DNA of 64,000 bases from assembly GCA_012401045.1 (NCBI GenBank), contig GCA_012401045.1_4704.1. One strand, written 5' to 3'. Each line of letters opens with the position of its first letter. The stretch's first letter is position 1. Made by a program: the position numbers and the translations under genes. This document shows, one piece after another, positions 20,218-30,138 of this stretch. The stretch comes from a phage. The notes below the pieces were generated by a model. It searched no databases. It had not been told where the DNA came from and was given only the letters and a program-made list of their open reading frames with translations.

Positions 20218-20565
20218 TTAAAACTTTAAAACTTTTTCGATACGATGGTTGACAAGTTCATTGAACGACTCTTCAACTTGTTCAATGATTTCATCAACGT
20301 CGATATCTAATTGTTGGGGTTGGATAACATGCTCTTTCATGGTTTCCAGCCAGTATTCGGCTTTAACCATGACGTTAGCGACGTGTTCGACCTGGCTGCG
20401 TATGTCGACGATCTGGCAGTCAGGATTGTTAATGTCGATGATGTGTCCGTGGTGGTTGATAAAACCTAGCTTGTTTGATGCCCTTACTGCATCACGAGTC
20501 AGTTCTTGCAAAATTAAATTATTGACGTAGTTCACTGCTACGGAACGATTTTCATTATCACTCAT
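20218..20565 (-). CDS. small acidic protein, paralog family member
   Basis: ORF track; N-terminal NNLILQELTRDA resembles neighbours. Confidence 0.45.
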   Translation of the reverse strand: MSDNENRSVAVNYVNNLILQELTRDAVRASNKLGFINHHGHIIDINNPDCQIVDIRSQVEHVANVMVKAEYWLETMKEHVIQPQQLDIDVDEIIEQVEESFNELVNHRIEKVLKF

Positions 20566-20642
20566 ACCAGGGATCCTTTTAAGTCTTCACATTCTAGTGT
20601 TAAGCAGTTAAAATAAACCGTTCCTTTAATCAGCATAAACAT

Positions 20643-20671
20643 CCTCCTCCCACCACATGGGCAGGAGGAGG
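20643..20671 (-). terminator. CCTCCTCC/GGAGGAGG hairpin followed by TGTTTATG
   Basis: 8-bp inverted repeat between 20683..21093 and 20218..20565. Confidence 0.4.
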
Positions 20672-20682
20672 CGTAATATGCA

Positions 20683-21093
20683 TCAGAAAGGAGGACGATC
20701 TTTAAATTCTAACAACGTGTCTTCGAAGCAAGCGATGAGTTCAGACTGCAATTCGGTACGGCCTTGTTCACCGAAGAGTTCCAGCAACATTAACCCCCGA
20801 GCGGTCTTCGTAGCAACCTCTTCGCAGATGCGGAGATCGTGAACTTCATTATCGTTGACATCTTTGCGTAACTGCGCTGCGATAGGCTTAAGATTGCCGT
20901 TTTCATCGTGTTCGTCACGAAATGCATCATAAGCCGCATCGATGTTCGCGATCCGTGTCAATCCTTCAGAATCCCGCCAGTCTCGATATAATCCAAGCAG
21001 GCGATTATGATTCTTCGTTTTGATGTTCGGTGCTGGAAGGTTGCGCAACAGATGTGGTGTAATCATTGCTATCACGCTATCCGAATGATCCAT
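20683..21093 (-). CDS. small acidic protein, paralog family member
   Basis: ARGLMLLELFGEQGRTELQSEL parallels AQGLVVLDLAGDAGEEALREAM in 19823..20185. Confidence 0.45.
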   Translation of the reverse strand: MDHSDSVIAMITPHLLRNLPAPNIKTKNHNRLLGLYRDWRDSEGLTRIANIDAAYDAFRDEHDENGNLKPIAAQLRKDVNDNEVHDLRICEEVATKTARGLMLLELFGEQGRTELQSELIACFEDTLLEFKDRPPF

Positions 21094-21104
21094 CGTATAC
21101 CTCG

Positions 21105-23273
21105 TTAGCTTTCGCAGTCATCTGCGTCGATGATTTGTCCGCCAGCAACGTTCAGTTGATGATACAGAATCCTCAACGCACGGTTGCCACCAATGGGATA
21201 CTTCTCGAAGTTGGTTGCGATAGGAATCGCTGACGGCTTATCGGTCGCATAGATGCTTTCAGTGATGCTATCCACCTGTTTTGGATTGTTCGCATAATCC
21301 ATAAAGACGCTTGCGAACCATCCGCCAGCAAAGGCGGTCACTTCGCGATGTTCAGATTCACCACAGTAACGAGTCGGTTGCTCTTTACCCGGAGAACTGT
21401 ATTTATCGCTATTACTGAGCTTCGACGGTAATCCATGCGCCTGCAATTTAGGGATACCCACAGCTGACCAATCGTTCGCCGTCTTCTCCAACATCATGAT
21501 GTACGTGTCACCGATCGCAATATCGTTCTTGGTTGTCCGCCACTGCCCAGAACGTCCACGATACCGTACAGGACCTTTCTTCAACGGGAACTCACGAATC
21601 AGATTCTCCATACGTTCTGAACCTGCTGCGATACTGTCCGTCGGGATATAAACTTCCGTACCATGGCGTTGTACGTACCGTAAATGATCCCATTTATCCT
21701 CATCCGTGATACAGTATTTTTCAACAACCTGTTCCACGAATTCAGGACTGACGATATAGTAGTAGCGCATCAGTGTGTTCCAAGCGGTCTCCAGATCGCC
21801 TGCATCCATCACCGGTTTCAGTTCACGCATGATCTGATCACCAACACCGTTGATGTACGGTGCGTTAACACGACTTAAACTCATCCTTTTGATTACCGTG
21901 CTATCGTCGAACATAAAGTCCGCAACGTTACCCCATTGGTCAACCGGCATTTCATCGTCTTCCATGATGTCGGTTACAACGAATTTATCACCCGCCATAC
22001 CGGTGAATTTAAACCCGATACCTGGGACAACGTCATACGTGTATGTGATGGTCACACGCCAATCATCGAGATTCTCTTTGCGGTAATCGCGGGTTGGTAA
22101 CACATGACGTAGCTGTCCGTTGGGATTGCGGATATCAATACCATGTTCAGCATCAGCCAGGTTCAACCACCACATCACCGTTTGATGATGACGTATCGGC
22201 GTACCAACGCGTTCACGTTCGTACTTACGAACAGCATCCTGAATTCGGGTGTAAAGCAAACCGATTGCGTTCTCGTATTTCAGGAATTGACGATACGGAG
22301 GACGCATCTTCTCTTCCATCATAATCGCACGCTCGCGGGCTTGACGTCCAGAACGACGATGTCGGTCGCTGACAACATCGATATCCGTTACACGCGCATT
22401 CGGTTCCGCGTAAGTGAGATCATCGTAAACATAATCCACACGCTGAAGGTTACACGTCATCATGTCAACAACGCTGAGGATAGGATCGATTTCGCGTGTT
22501 GCTGCAAGTAACCCATCCTTACGAATACGCTCACCGTTCTCGGGTATTGCTTGATATACCTCATCATCACCGTAGAGATTGATTGGGTATCGTGATTTAC
22601 CTGATGTGATCGTTCGCTTCTCAATGCCGGTACTGGTGAAATGCTTCAATACACCACGACGGGCAACACCACCATCCTCGATACACTGATAGAAGCTACC
22701 GAAACACACTTTGCAATCGCGACCGTAACCCCACTCGCGCGTTTCTTGATTGATCGCTGGGCTTTCCATCAAACGAGAATATCGCGGTACGATCTGGCCT
22801 CGACGAAGGGAATGGAACAAGTTGGTTGGTCGAAAACGGAAACCGTACTGCTGATGCATGATGTGATGCTCAGGCACTTCAAGCAAGCGTAGCTCGTGGC
22901 GGTTACCATCCTCTTGGTTTTCGTACAGCACGTAATGCATCGTGTTTGTTTTGATGCTGTTTGCTGTATGCCCCGGTTGGAAACGTGGGATGATATCTAT
23001 GATGCGAGATTCGACTGGAAACTCTACTGACCACGTGTTCTGTCCGTACTGGTATTCGATCCCCGTCGTCAGTCGGGACGGTTTCGCATCTTTGATAACC
23101 AACGCTTGGCTAAGATGTCCACCAAACATCGCAGCGCGCTGTGCTGAGTTATAATGCAGTAGCCCGTTAAGTCCAGTCCCTACGCCAGTATACTCCTGTT
23201 TAATGGGAATGATTTTACCTTCAGCGATTGCCTGCTTCACAGATTCATAAAGAGGTTTTTCTTTATAATGCAT
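21105..23273 (-). CDS. possible RNA polymerase beta-like subunit (C-terminal module)
   Basis: GMAGDKF and RYCGESEHREVTAFAGGW loosely resemble beta GDK and GGQRFGEMEVWALEAYGA; start placed at ATG 23273 (AGGAAG 4 nt upstream) instead of track start 23438. Confidence 0.35.
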   Translation of the reverse strand: MHYKEKPLYESVKQAIAEGKIIPIKQEYTGVGTGLNGLLHYNSAQRAAMFGGHLSQALVIKDAKPSRLTTGIEYQYGQNTWSVEFPVESRIIDIIPRFQPGHTANSIKTNTMHYVLYENQEDGNRHELRLLEVPEHHIMHQQYGFRFRPTNLFHSLRRGQIVPRYSRLMESPAINQETREWGYGRDCKVCFGSFYQCIEDGGVARRGVLKHFTSTGIEKRTITSGKSRYPINLYGDDEVYQAIPENGERIRKDGLLAATREIDPILSVVDMMTCNLQRVDYVYDDLTYAEPNARVTDIDVVSDRHRRSGRQARERAIMMEEKMRPPYRQFLKYENAIGLLYTRIQDAVRKYERERVGTPIRHHQTVMWWLNLADAEHGIDIRNPNGQLRHVLPTRDYRKENLDDWRVTITYTYDVVPGIGFKFTGMAGDKFVVTDIMEDDEMPVDQWGNVADFMFDDSTVIKRMSLSRVNAPYINGVGDQIMRELKPVMDAGDLETAWNTLMRYYYIVSPEFVEQVVEKYCITDEDKWDHLRYVQRHGTEVYIPTDSIAAGSERMENLIREFPLKKGPVRYRGRSGQWRTTKNDIAIGDTYIMMLEKTANDWSAVGIPKLQAHGLPSKLSNSDKYSSPGKEQPTRYCGESEHREVTAFAGGWFASVFMDYANNPKQVDSITESIYATDKPSAIPIATNFEKYPIGGNRALRILYHQLNVAGGQIIDADDCES

Positions 23274-23304
23274 AGGACTTCCTATTATCGAATTGAGGTA
23301 CGTC

Positions 23305-23658
23305 ATGTCTAACACGCCCCTGAACGACTTTCTTAAGACAAACCCCGATGACCTCATCCACGATCTTGATTTCAGGAACGTTGTTGAGATGCATCTGGAA
23401 TATTTCAAAAATGCCGGACTGGTCTCTACGATAGACATACCACCCGAACGCGCCTACGAATTCGATGGTAACTTTTATGGATTGTGTCGTGTTCTGCTCG
23501 GTGAGGGCAGTGAACCAATGCACTGGATAACCATGAGACTCAATGGTTATCGCGACCCTACGGAATACACCGCCGATGTTCTAACCATGAAGATTGTCGA
23601 TACAAGCGCAATCAACACATTAAAACAACAGTACCGCACAATCCACTACAGCGCTTAA
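23305..23658 (+). CDS. hypothetical protein (117 aa)
   Basis: In-frame ATG at 23305 with GAGGT upstream; divergent from 21105..23273 with a 31-bp gap. Confidence 0.45.
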   Translation: MSNTPLNDFLKTNPDDLIHDLDFRNVVEMHLEYFKNAGLVSTIDIPPERAYEFDGNFYGLCRVLLGEGSEPMHWITMRLNGYRDPTEYTADVLTMKIVDTSAINTLKQQYRTIHYSA

Positions 23659-23663
23659 GATAA

Positions 23664-23692
23664 CCCTCCCACAGCGTAAAGCGTAGGGAGGG
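23664..23692 (+). terminator. CCCTCCC...GGGAGGG hairpin followed by CATTTATG
   Basis: Directly after the stop of 23305..23658 in a convergent gap. Confidence 0.45.
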
Positions 23693-23723
23693 CATTTATG
23701 CCGTCGTTCGATGACTTAATACA

Positions 23724-25004
23724 TCAGAAACGATTCACAGTACGTCCTGTCCACGCGCTCAGGATGTTGTTACGTTCCATCTCAGCACGACGACGTAAAC
23801 CGTTTGGCGACTGCGGTGCTGGCGGCATCCCCCAGCCAGCAGGTTGCATGCCCATGCCTGGCCAAGCAGCATTATTGAACATCGTACCGTTACGTTCCGC
23901 AACACGGTTCATCAACGCATCAAACGTGCTATTACCTGCCGGTTGGTTACCGCCGCTTTCCCACTGATTAGGTTGGACAGGTGCGGTTTTACCTAACAGG
24001 TTATCGATCACACTGCCTGTTGAAGCAGGACGCGGTTGCATACCTTCATGTGCGGCTGCCGATGGATTTGGCTTAACCGTCGGCTGCGGACGACTGTTCA
24101 GCGTTACACCCATGTTGTATTTCGCTGGCGGAATCTGACCACGATGTTGATTGATCGGTTCAAAATCCTCAACCCAGGTAACATCACAGTAGCCGTTCTC
24201 TTTACCGTCGTACTTATCACCAAACAGTTTGATGAGATTGTTCAGCGGTTCCATCAGCTTAGCGAAGCTGTGGATAAGACAATCGAAATACGGAGCATGA
24301 GGATCGCTTGACCCAGCGTTGTACGTTTCACTTACCTCACCCGCGTGCGGGATAACGTACTCAACCAGGTTTCTCAGCATGTTAAGATCTTTCTTGGAAA
24401 TCTCAACACCACACCAATACGTTTTCTTATCTTTCGTGCTGATGTGTTCTTCTTCCATGAACGGGAAAGTAACGACCGCAACACGGGTCATCTTCTTACC
24501 CATGTAGGTTGCGCCGGTACGACGAAGATAAATTTTGGACAGCGTATACGGTGTGTCGCGTTTCAGCCAAACGGTGACCAGTTTACCCAGGGTCGTTAAT
24601 GTTTTATCGCTGGCGTCCGCAAGGATGTTGAAGAACTCTTTTTGCTTCGGTCCGAAACGTTTTGCTTCTTTAGGATTGATTGCGGTTTCAACCATCCAAA
24701 TCAGCATGGAGCATAGCGTGGCGTTAAAACGAACAACCATCGCACGACGCAGGAACTGAAGTACTTCCGATTCGCCGTTCATCACGTCTTCACTTAGCGG
24801 ATGGAACAGCACACGTTCAGCCAGCTGATTTCCGGTACGGACTTCGGAAACCGGCATCAGCAACGGCATGCTTTCCACGGTAGCGGCAACTGCAACAACT
24901 TTACCATCCCCATCCGTAAAACGATATTCTAATTCGTGGGCGTCATTCTCAAAATAGTTAACGCTCTGTAGTGCTTTGCGATAAGCTTCGATAAGCTTCG
25001 ACAT
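23724..25004 (-). CDS. hypothetical protein with Gln/Pro/Gly/Met-rich low-complexity C-terminus
   Basis: ORF track. Confidence 0.5.
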   Translation of the reverse strand: MSKLIEAYRKALQSVNYFENDAHELEYRFTDGDGKVVAVAATVESMPLLMPVSEVRTGNQLAERVLFHPLSEDVMNGESEVLQFLRRAMVVRFNATLCSMLIWMVETAINPKEAKRFGPKQKEFFNILADASDKTLTTLGKLVTVWLKRDTPYTLSKIYLRRTGATYMGKKMTRVAVVTFPFMEEEHISTKDKKTYWCGVEISKKDLNMLRNLVEYVIPHAGEVSETYNAGSSDPHAPYFDCLIHSFAKLMEPLNNLIKLFGDKYDGKENGYCDVTWVEDFEPINQHRGQIPPAKYNMGVTLNSRPQPTVKPNPSAAAHEGMQPRPASTGSVIDNLLGKTAPVQPNQWESGGNQPAGNSTFDALMNRVAERNGTMFNNAAWPGMGMQPAGWGMPPAPQSPNGLRRRAEMERNNILSAWTGRTVNRF

Positions 25005-25031
25005 ATTGTATTTCCTTTTCTTTACGTCAAC

Positions 25032-25053
25032 GGTCCCCCTACAACAGGGGACC
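25032..25053 (-). terminator. GGTCCCC/GGGGACC hairpin
   Basis: 7-bp inverted repeat between 25060..26646 and 23724..25004. Confidence 0.35.
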
Positions 25054-25059
25054 TATGGA

Positions 25060-26646
25060 TTAGAAGTTGCCTTTGGTAGTTACCGCATCCACCAGGTTAA
25101 ACAAATCAACGCTCAGCTTATACACCTCCTGCTGGCTACGGTTGAGCAGCGGGCTGTATGCAGATGGGTTGATGTTCGGCATGGTGTACGGAATCGGTGC
25201 AGAACCGTCAACGCTGATCTTGAACTGGCTGTCCAGGAACAGGTTAATCGCGCCGCTCACCATAACCGCATTCGGGTTGTTGCCCAACATGGAGGGTAGG
25301 ATATTGGTAATCATGTCAGAACGCATTTGTTCAGCAGCACGGTTACAATCGTATCCTTTAATGAACGGCACAGCGTCGGTAACCGCAACCGCCCACTGAC
25401 CAGGCATGATACCGAGTTCTGGGTGACCATGGTTGTCAGCAATGAAACGGAACGATTCCAACATGCGGTATGTCATCGCAGCAGGCATCATTGCAGCAAG
25501 CGATGAACAATACAGCGTTGGATAATCGATCACATCCCAGCTCTGGCTATCGGTCGGCATCCAACCAAACTCGGTGGTTGCTGATGTACCACGACGAGCT
25601 TCCACATACGGGAATAACGTTAAGACATCACGGATATGTTCACCGAACATCCGTTTCATGTCAGCCCAACTCAGGCTACCGCTGAAAGCGAATCCTTCAT
25701 CACGCATAATCGCACCGAATACCGGATGCGCAACCAGAGGTTCTTCACGAACAGCTTGAGCGGCTTCCACGTAAATATCCTCGTTCTCTGCGCTACCTGG
25801 ATGAGACCCGCTTTCGTACGTCTGACGAATAGCACCAACATTATCGAAGGCTTTTCTTAGATAAATGGTTGGGATGTTCGTATCGGCACTAGCGGGTTTG
25901 ATTTTCTCTGTTGCGAAACACATTGCCGCTTCCACACCACGGAAAACCGGTTCCGGTTGCGGTGGGTAGGATGTACGATGAACCACATCAGCGTAGGCGG
26001 GATCGAACTGTTGCATCACGTTCTGCATGGCTGGGTCCATGAACTGGTTATCAAAACCACCATTGCCTACCCAACGTGCTGTTGATGCATAGGTCAGCGT
26101 ATCCTGAACACGAGTACTGAACTGAACATCACGATTAACAGGGTCGTATGCGCCGGTCAACAGGTTCGTTGCGTCCATCGGGGTTGCACGAACGATTTGC
26201 TTACCGAACATATCCGTTGTGGTTGTTTCGGTTACCTGGATTACGTTCGTGAAGAAGAACACCAGTTCATTCGGCAGATCGATAGCACGCGTTGTAAACG
26301 CATCGAGGCTTACAGAATGGTCGGTGTATCCAGAAATGTAATGGACACGCTTGGTTCCTGGTGCGAGGGCCAAGGATTCTTCTACCGCCATCATGAAATG
26401 GAAACGGCGTGTGCCCCAACCATTCGCAATCTCCGAAACCCCCTCAGGTTCTGCAGACTGCTGCAACAAACCGGTTGCAAGCTTATTGATTGCTGATGGT
26501 GTTGTTGCCGTACCGAACCGCGTCGTGTTAATGAAGTCTTCGATGCTACGCATGCTATCTGCGTGGAATCGTAGTGGACGACGTTGTACGTTGTTGTACG
26601 GTGCGGTTTCAACCATCAGTATTTCACGAACATTCATCGGGATCAT
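25060..26646 (-). CDS. hypothetical protein (528 aa), possibly structural
   Basis: ORF track; no recognisable motif. Confidence 0.5.
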   Translation of the reverse strand: MIPMNVREILMVETAPYNNVQRRPLRFHADSMRSIEDFINTTRFGTATTPSAINKLATGLLQQSAEPEGVSEIANGWGTRRFHFMMAVEESLALAPGTKRVHYISGYTDHSVSLDAFTTRAIDLPNELVFFFTNVIQVTETTTTDMFGKQIVRATPMDATNLLTGAYDPVNRDVQFSTRVQDTLTYASTARWVGNGGFDNQFMDPAMQNVMQQFDPAYADVVHRTSYPPQPEPVFRGVEAAMCFATEKIKPASADTNIPTIYLRKAFDNVGAIRQTYESGSHPGSAENEDIYVEAAQAVREEPLVAHPVFGAIMRDEGFAFSGSLSWADMKRMFGEHIRDVLTLFPYVEARRGTSATTEFGWMPTDSQSWDVIDYPTLYCSSLAAMMPAAMTYRMLESFRFIADNHGHPELGIMPGQWAVAVTDAVPFIKGYDCNRAAEQMRSDMITNILPSMLGNNPNAVMVSGAINLFLDSQFKISVDGSAPIPYTMPNINPSAYSPLLNRSQQEVYKLSVDLFNLVDAVTTKGNF

Positions 26647-28235
26647 TTTATTTTTTTTCCTCTTAAATTTACTACGTGTTCATTTAATCGAACAACTAAT
26701 TGCACAAGCTGCTGACGGATATCTGCTGGACAAAGCATCAATCCTTTACGGTCAGCTGGGACTTTCTCAAGGATTTCCGGGCCTGCTGCTGAAACATCCC
26801 AGTCCCATTCACAAAACGCATCGGCCACCATGTTAATACCGACAACCGGTAAAGTTGTACGTTCATCTTCATACATGGCGTGTGGATACAATTTATTGAC
26901 AGTAATGATCTCCTGTGGTTTTAATTGGTGGATAATCTGATAAACATCGTCGCGTTTGACCTGGATACCTACGGTCAGCGCGGCCAGTTGAGGAAAACCC
27001 CAATGGTCTAACAAACAAGCTGCGATCGCTAACGCTTTTGCCTGATGCACGGCTTCAATCGGTGCCAGACTTCTCGCCGGAAGATGGCTATCAAGCAACC
27101 ATTGCGCCAGTGCTCGGCATCCGCGGTTGATTGGTTTTAACTCAACGGTGTCATCGTGTTTAGCGTACGTGTATCCGTCGTAACGTTTTGCGATACGCGC
27201 ATACATGTCTTCAACTTTACCGTAAGGTGCCGTTTCGTCGACGTCGTGCAACACACGTTCCATCTGGGTAAGATACGCAATGTCGAGAATGAGTACACGT
27301 GGTGAACGTTTATCTTTCACCATCAACGCATCAATCACGCCTTGACTGTCTTCATCTTGCGCATTCCCTCGCGGCGTTTTCTCGCGAATCGGTCCGCTGA
27401 AACGTCGTTCCGTACAAAGGTTATTCACATAGCTGAAGATCAGTGTTACTAGATGCGTACAACTCACTAACACCCCATCTTTAACGACAGGCTGTACAGC
27501 TTGGTCCAAGTCGCGTACGGCGAGACGGCGGACGATGGCTTGTGAACGCAACCAGCCGGGCACTTTCTCCGTCGACATGTAATCCACGGTCATCGACAGC
27601 GTGATCTTTTTATCACCCGTCTGTGCGCGGATATAGTCTTCCAGTCGGTCGTAAGCGGCGATATCATGAATGCGTGTTTTATACATCAACGACATAGCCA
27701 CTTCTTCTTTACGAACCGTTCCGTACGTTTTCCCTGCGTCAATCAGAAACTCTGCCCAAATCGGCACCATCAGACGGACGTAGATCGCTAACGCCGTTAA
27801 CTCAACGTAATCATTTCGTAAATAGGTTTTCTCAGGTATGTCATCCTCACCTAATGTTGTTTTCATGTCCGGTGGTAATTTTACCCAACCTGGGGTATTA
27901 CACAATGCCAGAATCTCTTCGTACACAACCGGTTTGTAAATTTCACCAACAGCGCGACTCAACTCCTCCATTTGTTGTTGTGGAGCAATGTAGTTATCCA
28001 TCGCTTCACGTGCTTTAACGAACCCTTCGAAGATGTCGTCAATTCGACGTGGGTTCTTTTGTTCTATCCAGGCGAGATACTTGTTAATCTCCCGCATCTG
28101 ATTGCTAGCCATATCCCCATCAATCTTGATGTAACCCTGACCTGAAAATTCCACAGTACGTCCATCACGGTGTTTGATGAGATAGTGATCCAGCTTTTCT
28201 TTTCCTTGCGTCGTAATGACGGGCACTATGTGCAT
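26643..28235 (-). CDS. hypothetical protein (about 530 aa)
   Basis: Start moved to ATG 28235 (MHIVPVITT, GAGG upstream), which sits about 60 nt below the promoter-like motif; track start was 28370. Confidence 0.5.
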   Translation of the reverse strand: MHIVPVITTQGKEKLDHYLIKHRDGRTVEFSGQGYIKIDGDMASNQMREINKYLAWIEQKNPRRIDDIFEGFVKAREAMDNYIAPQQQMEELSRAVGEIYKPVVYEEILALCNTPGWVKLPPDMKTTLGEDDIPEKTYLRNDYVELTALAIYVRLMVPIWAEFLIDAGKTYGTVRKEEVAMSLMYKTRIHDIAAYDRLEDYIRAQTGDKKITLSMTVDYMSTEKVPGWLRSQAIVRRLAVRDLDQAVQPVVKDGVLVSCTHLVTLIFSYVNNLCTERRFSGPIREKTPRGNAQDEDSQGVIDALMVKDKRSPRVLILDIAYLTQMERVLHDVDETAPYGKVEDMYARIAKRYDGYTYAKHDDTVELKPINRGCRALAQWLLDSHLPARSLAPIEAVHQAKALAIAACLLDHWGFPQLAALTVGIQVKRDDVYQIIHQLKPQEIITVNKLYPHAMYEDERTTLPVVGINMVADAFCEWDWDVSAAGPEILEKVPADRKGLMLCPADIRQQLVQLVVRLNEHVVNLRGKKIK

Positions 28236-28285
28236 AACAACCTCTTTTCGCGGTTCCCTGTTAAAACGTCTTCTGTGACGTCTAC

Positions 28286-28310
28286 CACAAAGGTAATATA
28301 AGCGTGAATA
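28286..28310 (-). promoter_or_regulatory. candidate phage early promoter, TATATTAC core on the minus strand
   Basis: CACAAAGGTAATATAAGCGTGAATA on plus strand; second copy of the conserved motif. Confidence 0.45.
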
Positions 28311-28439
28311 ATTTTGGATTCCGGCTGAGTTATCGCTCAGCATGCAAGGCATCCCGCCGAAGCGAGACACCTTGCACTAACGGAAAATATTCGCGTTACC
28401 TTCTGAATCGAAGACTCAGAATGCGATGCTAAAGCATGA

Positions 28440-29231
28440 TTAGAACGCTAAGCCATCAAAGGCTACGGACGGATCATCGTCGTCATTTGCGCTTGGCGCA
28501 TCCCAACGGGTATCAGGGGCCGCTGAAGCCGAACTTGATGCGTTAGAGTTACCGTTGTACTGGCCGTTACCAGCATTACGGTTACCGCCGCCGTTGTTAT
28601 TGTTACGGTTATAGCTATTGTTGCCACCATTACTTACGCTACGGCTTTCACCGTCTAAATTGGTTGCGAGGATGCTCGGCAACACTGCGCGATGAATACG
28701 TACAAATTCCAACGCACAAAGCGGAGAAACAACCCCGATCTGTAAAGGTTGCCCAGACTCATCAACCAGAGCGTGGAAACGCGGTGGCTTGAATACGAAT
28801 TGGATGTTCGGTTTTTGGTACGCGGTTACAGCGATATATACCGAACCATCATCGTTCTTACCAACCCATGTTGTACTTTCGGTAATCTGTTTCTTCTTAC
28901 CTGGATTATTGCGATCGTCGATAACCTTTTCGTTCTTCATCGCAAAACGTTGGCCTGGCTTACCCTTAGCAACCTGCTCGAGGATCGCAAGCAGGTTATA
29001 GAACGCGTATGAACTCATGCGTGCCCAAATGCTTTCGGCGCGACCCTGCTGGTCTTTACGACCTGTATAAACCGTGATGCGCGGTTGATTCTTAGCAACG
29101 CTAATTTTCAATGAGGGGATTGAATTACCGCCCTCAACCTTTTCGTCCGCCCACAGTTTCCAGTTGTTGTCGTCATACGCTGTAGGAATAATGTTTCCTT
29201 GTGGTTTACTGCCCGAATTCCAATTGCTCAT
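28440..29231 (-). CDS. possible ssDNA-binding protein
   Basis: Asn/Gly-rich linker then acidic C-terminal tip DDDDPSVAFDGLAF, the architecture of SSB tails; the folded domain is unrecognised. Confidence 0.35.
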   Translation of the reverse strand: MSNWNSGSKPQGNIIPTAYDDNNWKLWADEKVEGGNSIPSLKISVAKNQPRITVYTGRKDQQGRAESIWARMSSYAFYNLLAILEQVAKGKPGQRFAMKNEKVIDDRNNPGKKKQITESTTWVGKNDDGSVYIAVTAYQKPNIQFVFKPPRFHALVDESGQPLQIGVVSPLCALEFVRIHRAVLPSILATNLDGESRSVSNGGNNSYNRNNNNGGGNRNAGNGQYNGNSNASSSASAAPDTRWDAPSANDDDDPSVAFDGLAF

Positions 29232-29304
29232 TTTCAGCCTCGTTACGTAGTGTGAATCAATTTCTGGTTCAGATGATAGTTAATATTAGTTAAAAATTAC
29301 AGCC

Positions 29305-30138
29305 TCAGCGGAACATGTCCAACAGAAAACGTTTTGCAAAGGGGTCACGTAACTGGTTGACACCAAAGCGTGTACGGTCTTCCGTTGTTAATGGATTCCA
29401 CTGACTCTGTTTCGCAAGATCTAACAGCATCCTTTTTATTTTCACCGGCCCGCTATTGAACTGTACGGCTTGGTCACCGAACGTTCCCAATGTCATCTTT
29501 GTAAATGGAAGATTCGCAACCTCTGGACGATCCCCACCAGTAAGTTTAGTCGACCACTGATGTTTTCGTTTCAAGGTTCCGGTATGGCTCTCCACCAAAA
29601 TAAGTTCACCAAAACCGGTTCTTGCCAACAAGTCAGAAACATAGTGCGTGGTGATATACGATGTCTTGGTTATCGTGGGTAATTTACAATCCATCGATTC
29701 GATATTAGGGAGTCGATCTACAGACGCCATCAACCCACGATAAAGTGTAGCGAGTCCTTTTTGTTTTTCGGTGTGTGGCTCCTTATGTAAAGCGTGCGGA
29801 TAAACACGCTTTATTGATGCGTAGGTTGGCGCATATATCCGCAAACGAATATGGGGAACGAGTTCATTCACCAACTGCCTTAGCTGCAGTAACTCGTTTT
29901 GAAAATCCCCTGTTATCATCGATAACGGTAATTTATGTTGTTCAACGTCTTCAAAGCTTTCAACAAAATTGCGTGCTAAAGTGCGCAGGTTGAACAACCA
30001 ATCCATCGGTGTTTCTGGCTGTTGCTGTACTGCTGATAGTGTTGCTGACGTCCCTACCGATAAAGGATAATCACCTAACGTGCGGGCGTACATATTGCTC
30101 ATACCCCACAACTCCTTCTTATCATGGCAACGTATCAA
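29305..30138 (-). CDS. hypothetical protein (277 aa)
   Basis: ORF track. Confidence 0.45.
   Translation of the reverse strand: MIRCHDKKELWGMSNMYARTLGDYPLSVGTSATLSAVQQQPETPMDWLFNLRTLARNFVESFEDVEQHKLPLSMITGDFQNELLQLRQLVNELVPHIRLRIYAPTYASIKRVYPHALHKEPHTEKQKGLATLYRGLMASVDRLPNIESMDCKLPTITKTSYITTHYVSDLLARTGFGELILVESHTGTLKRKHQWSTKLTGGDRPEVANLPFTKMTLGTFGDQAVQFNSGPVKIKRMLLDLAKQSQWNPLTTEDRTRFGVNQLRDPFAKRFLLDMFR

Noticed and set aside
23274-23438. Upstream ATG at 23438 as start of the beta-like gene
   Set aside because: The extra 55 residues are Arg/Ser-rich and overlap the plus-strand gene 23305..23658; ATG 23273 has AGGAAG at the right spacing.
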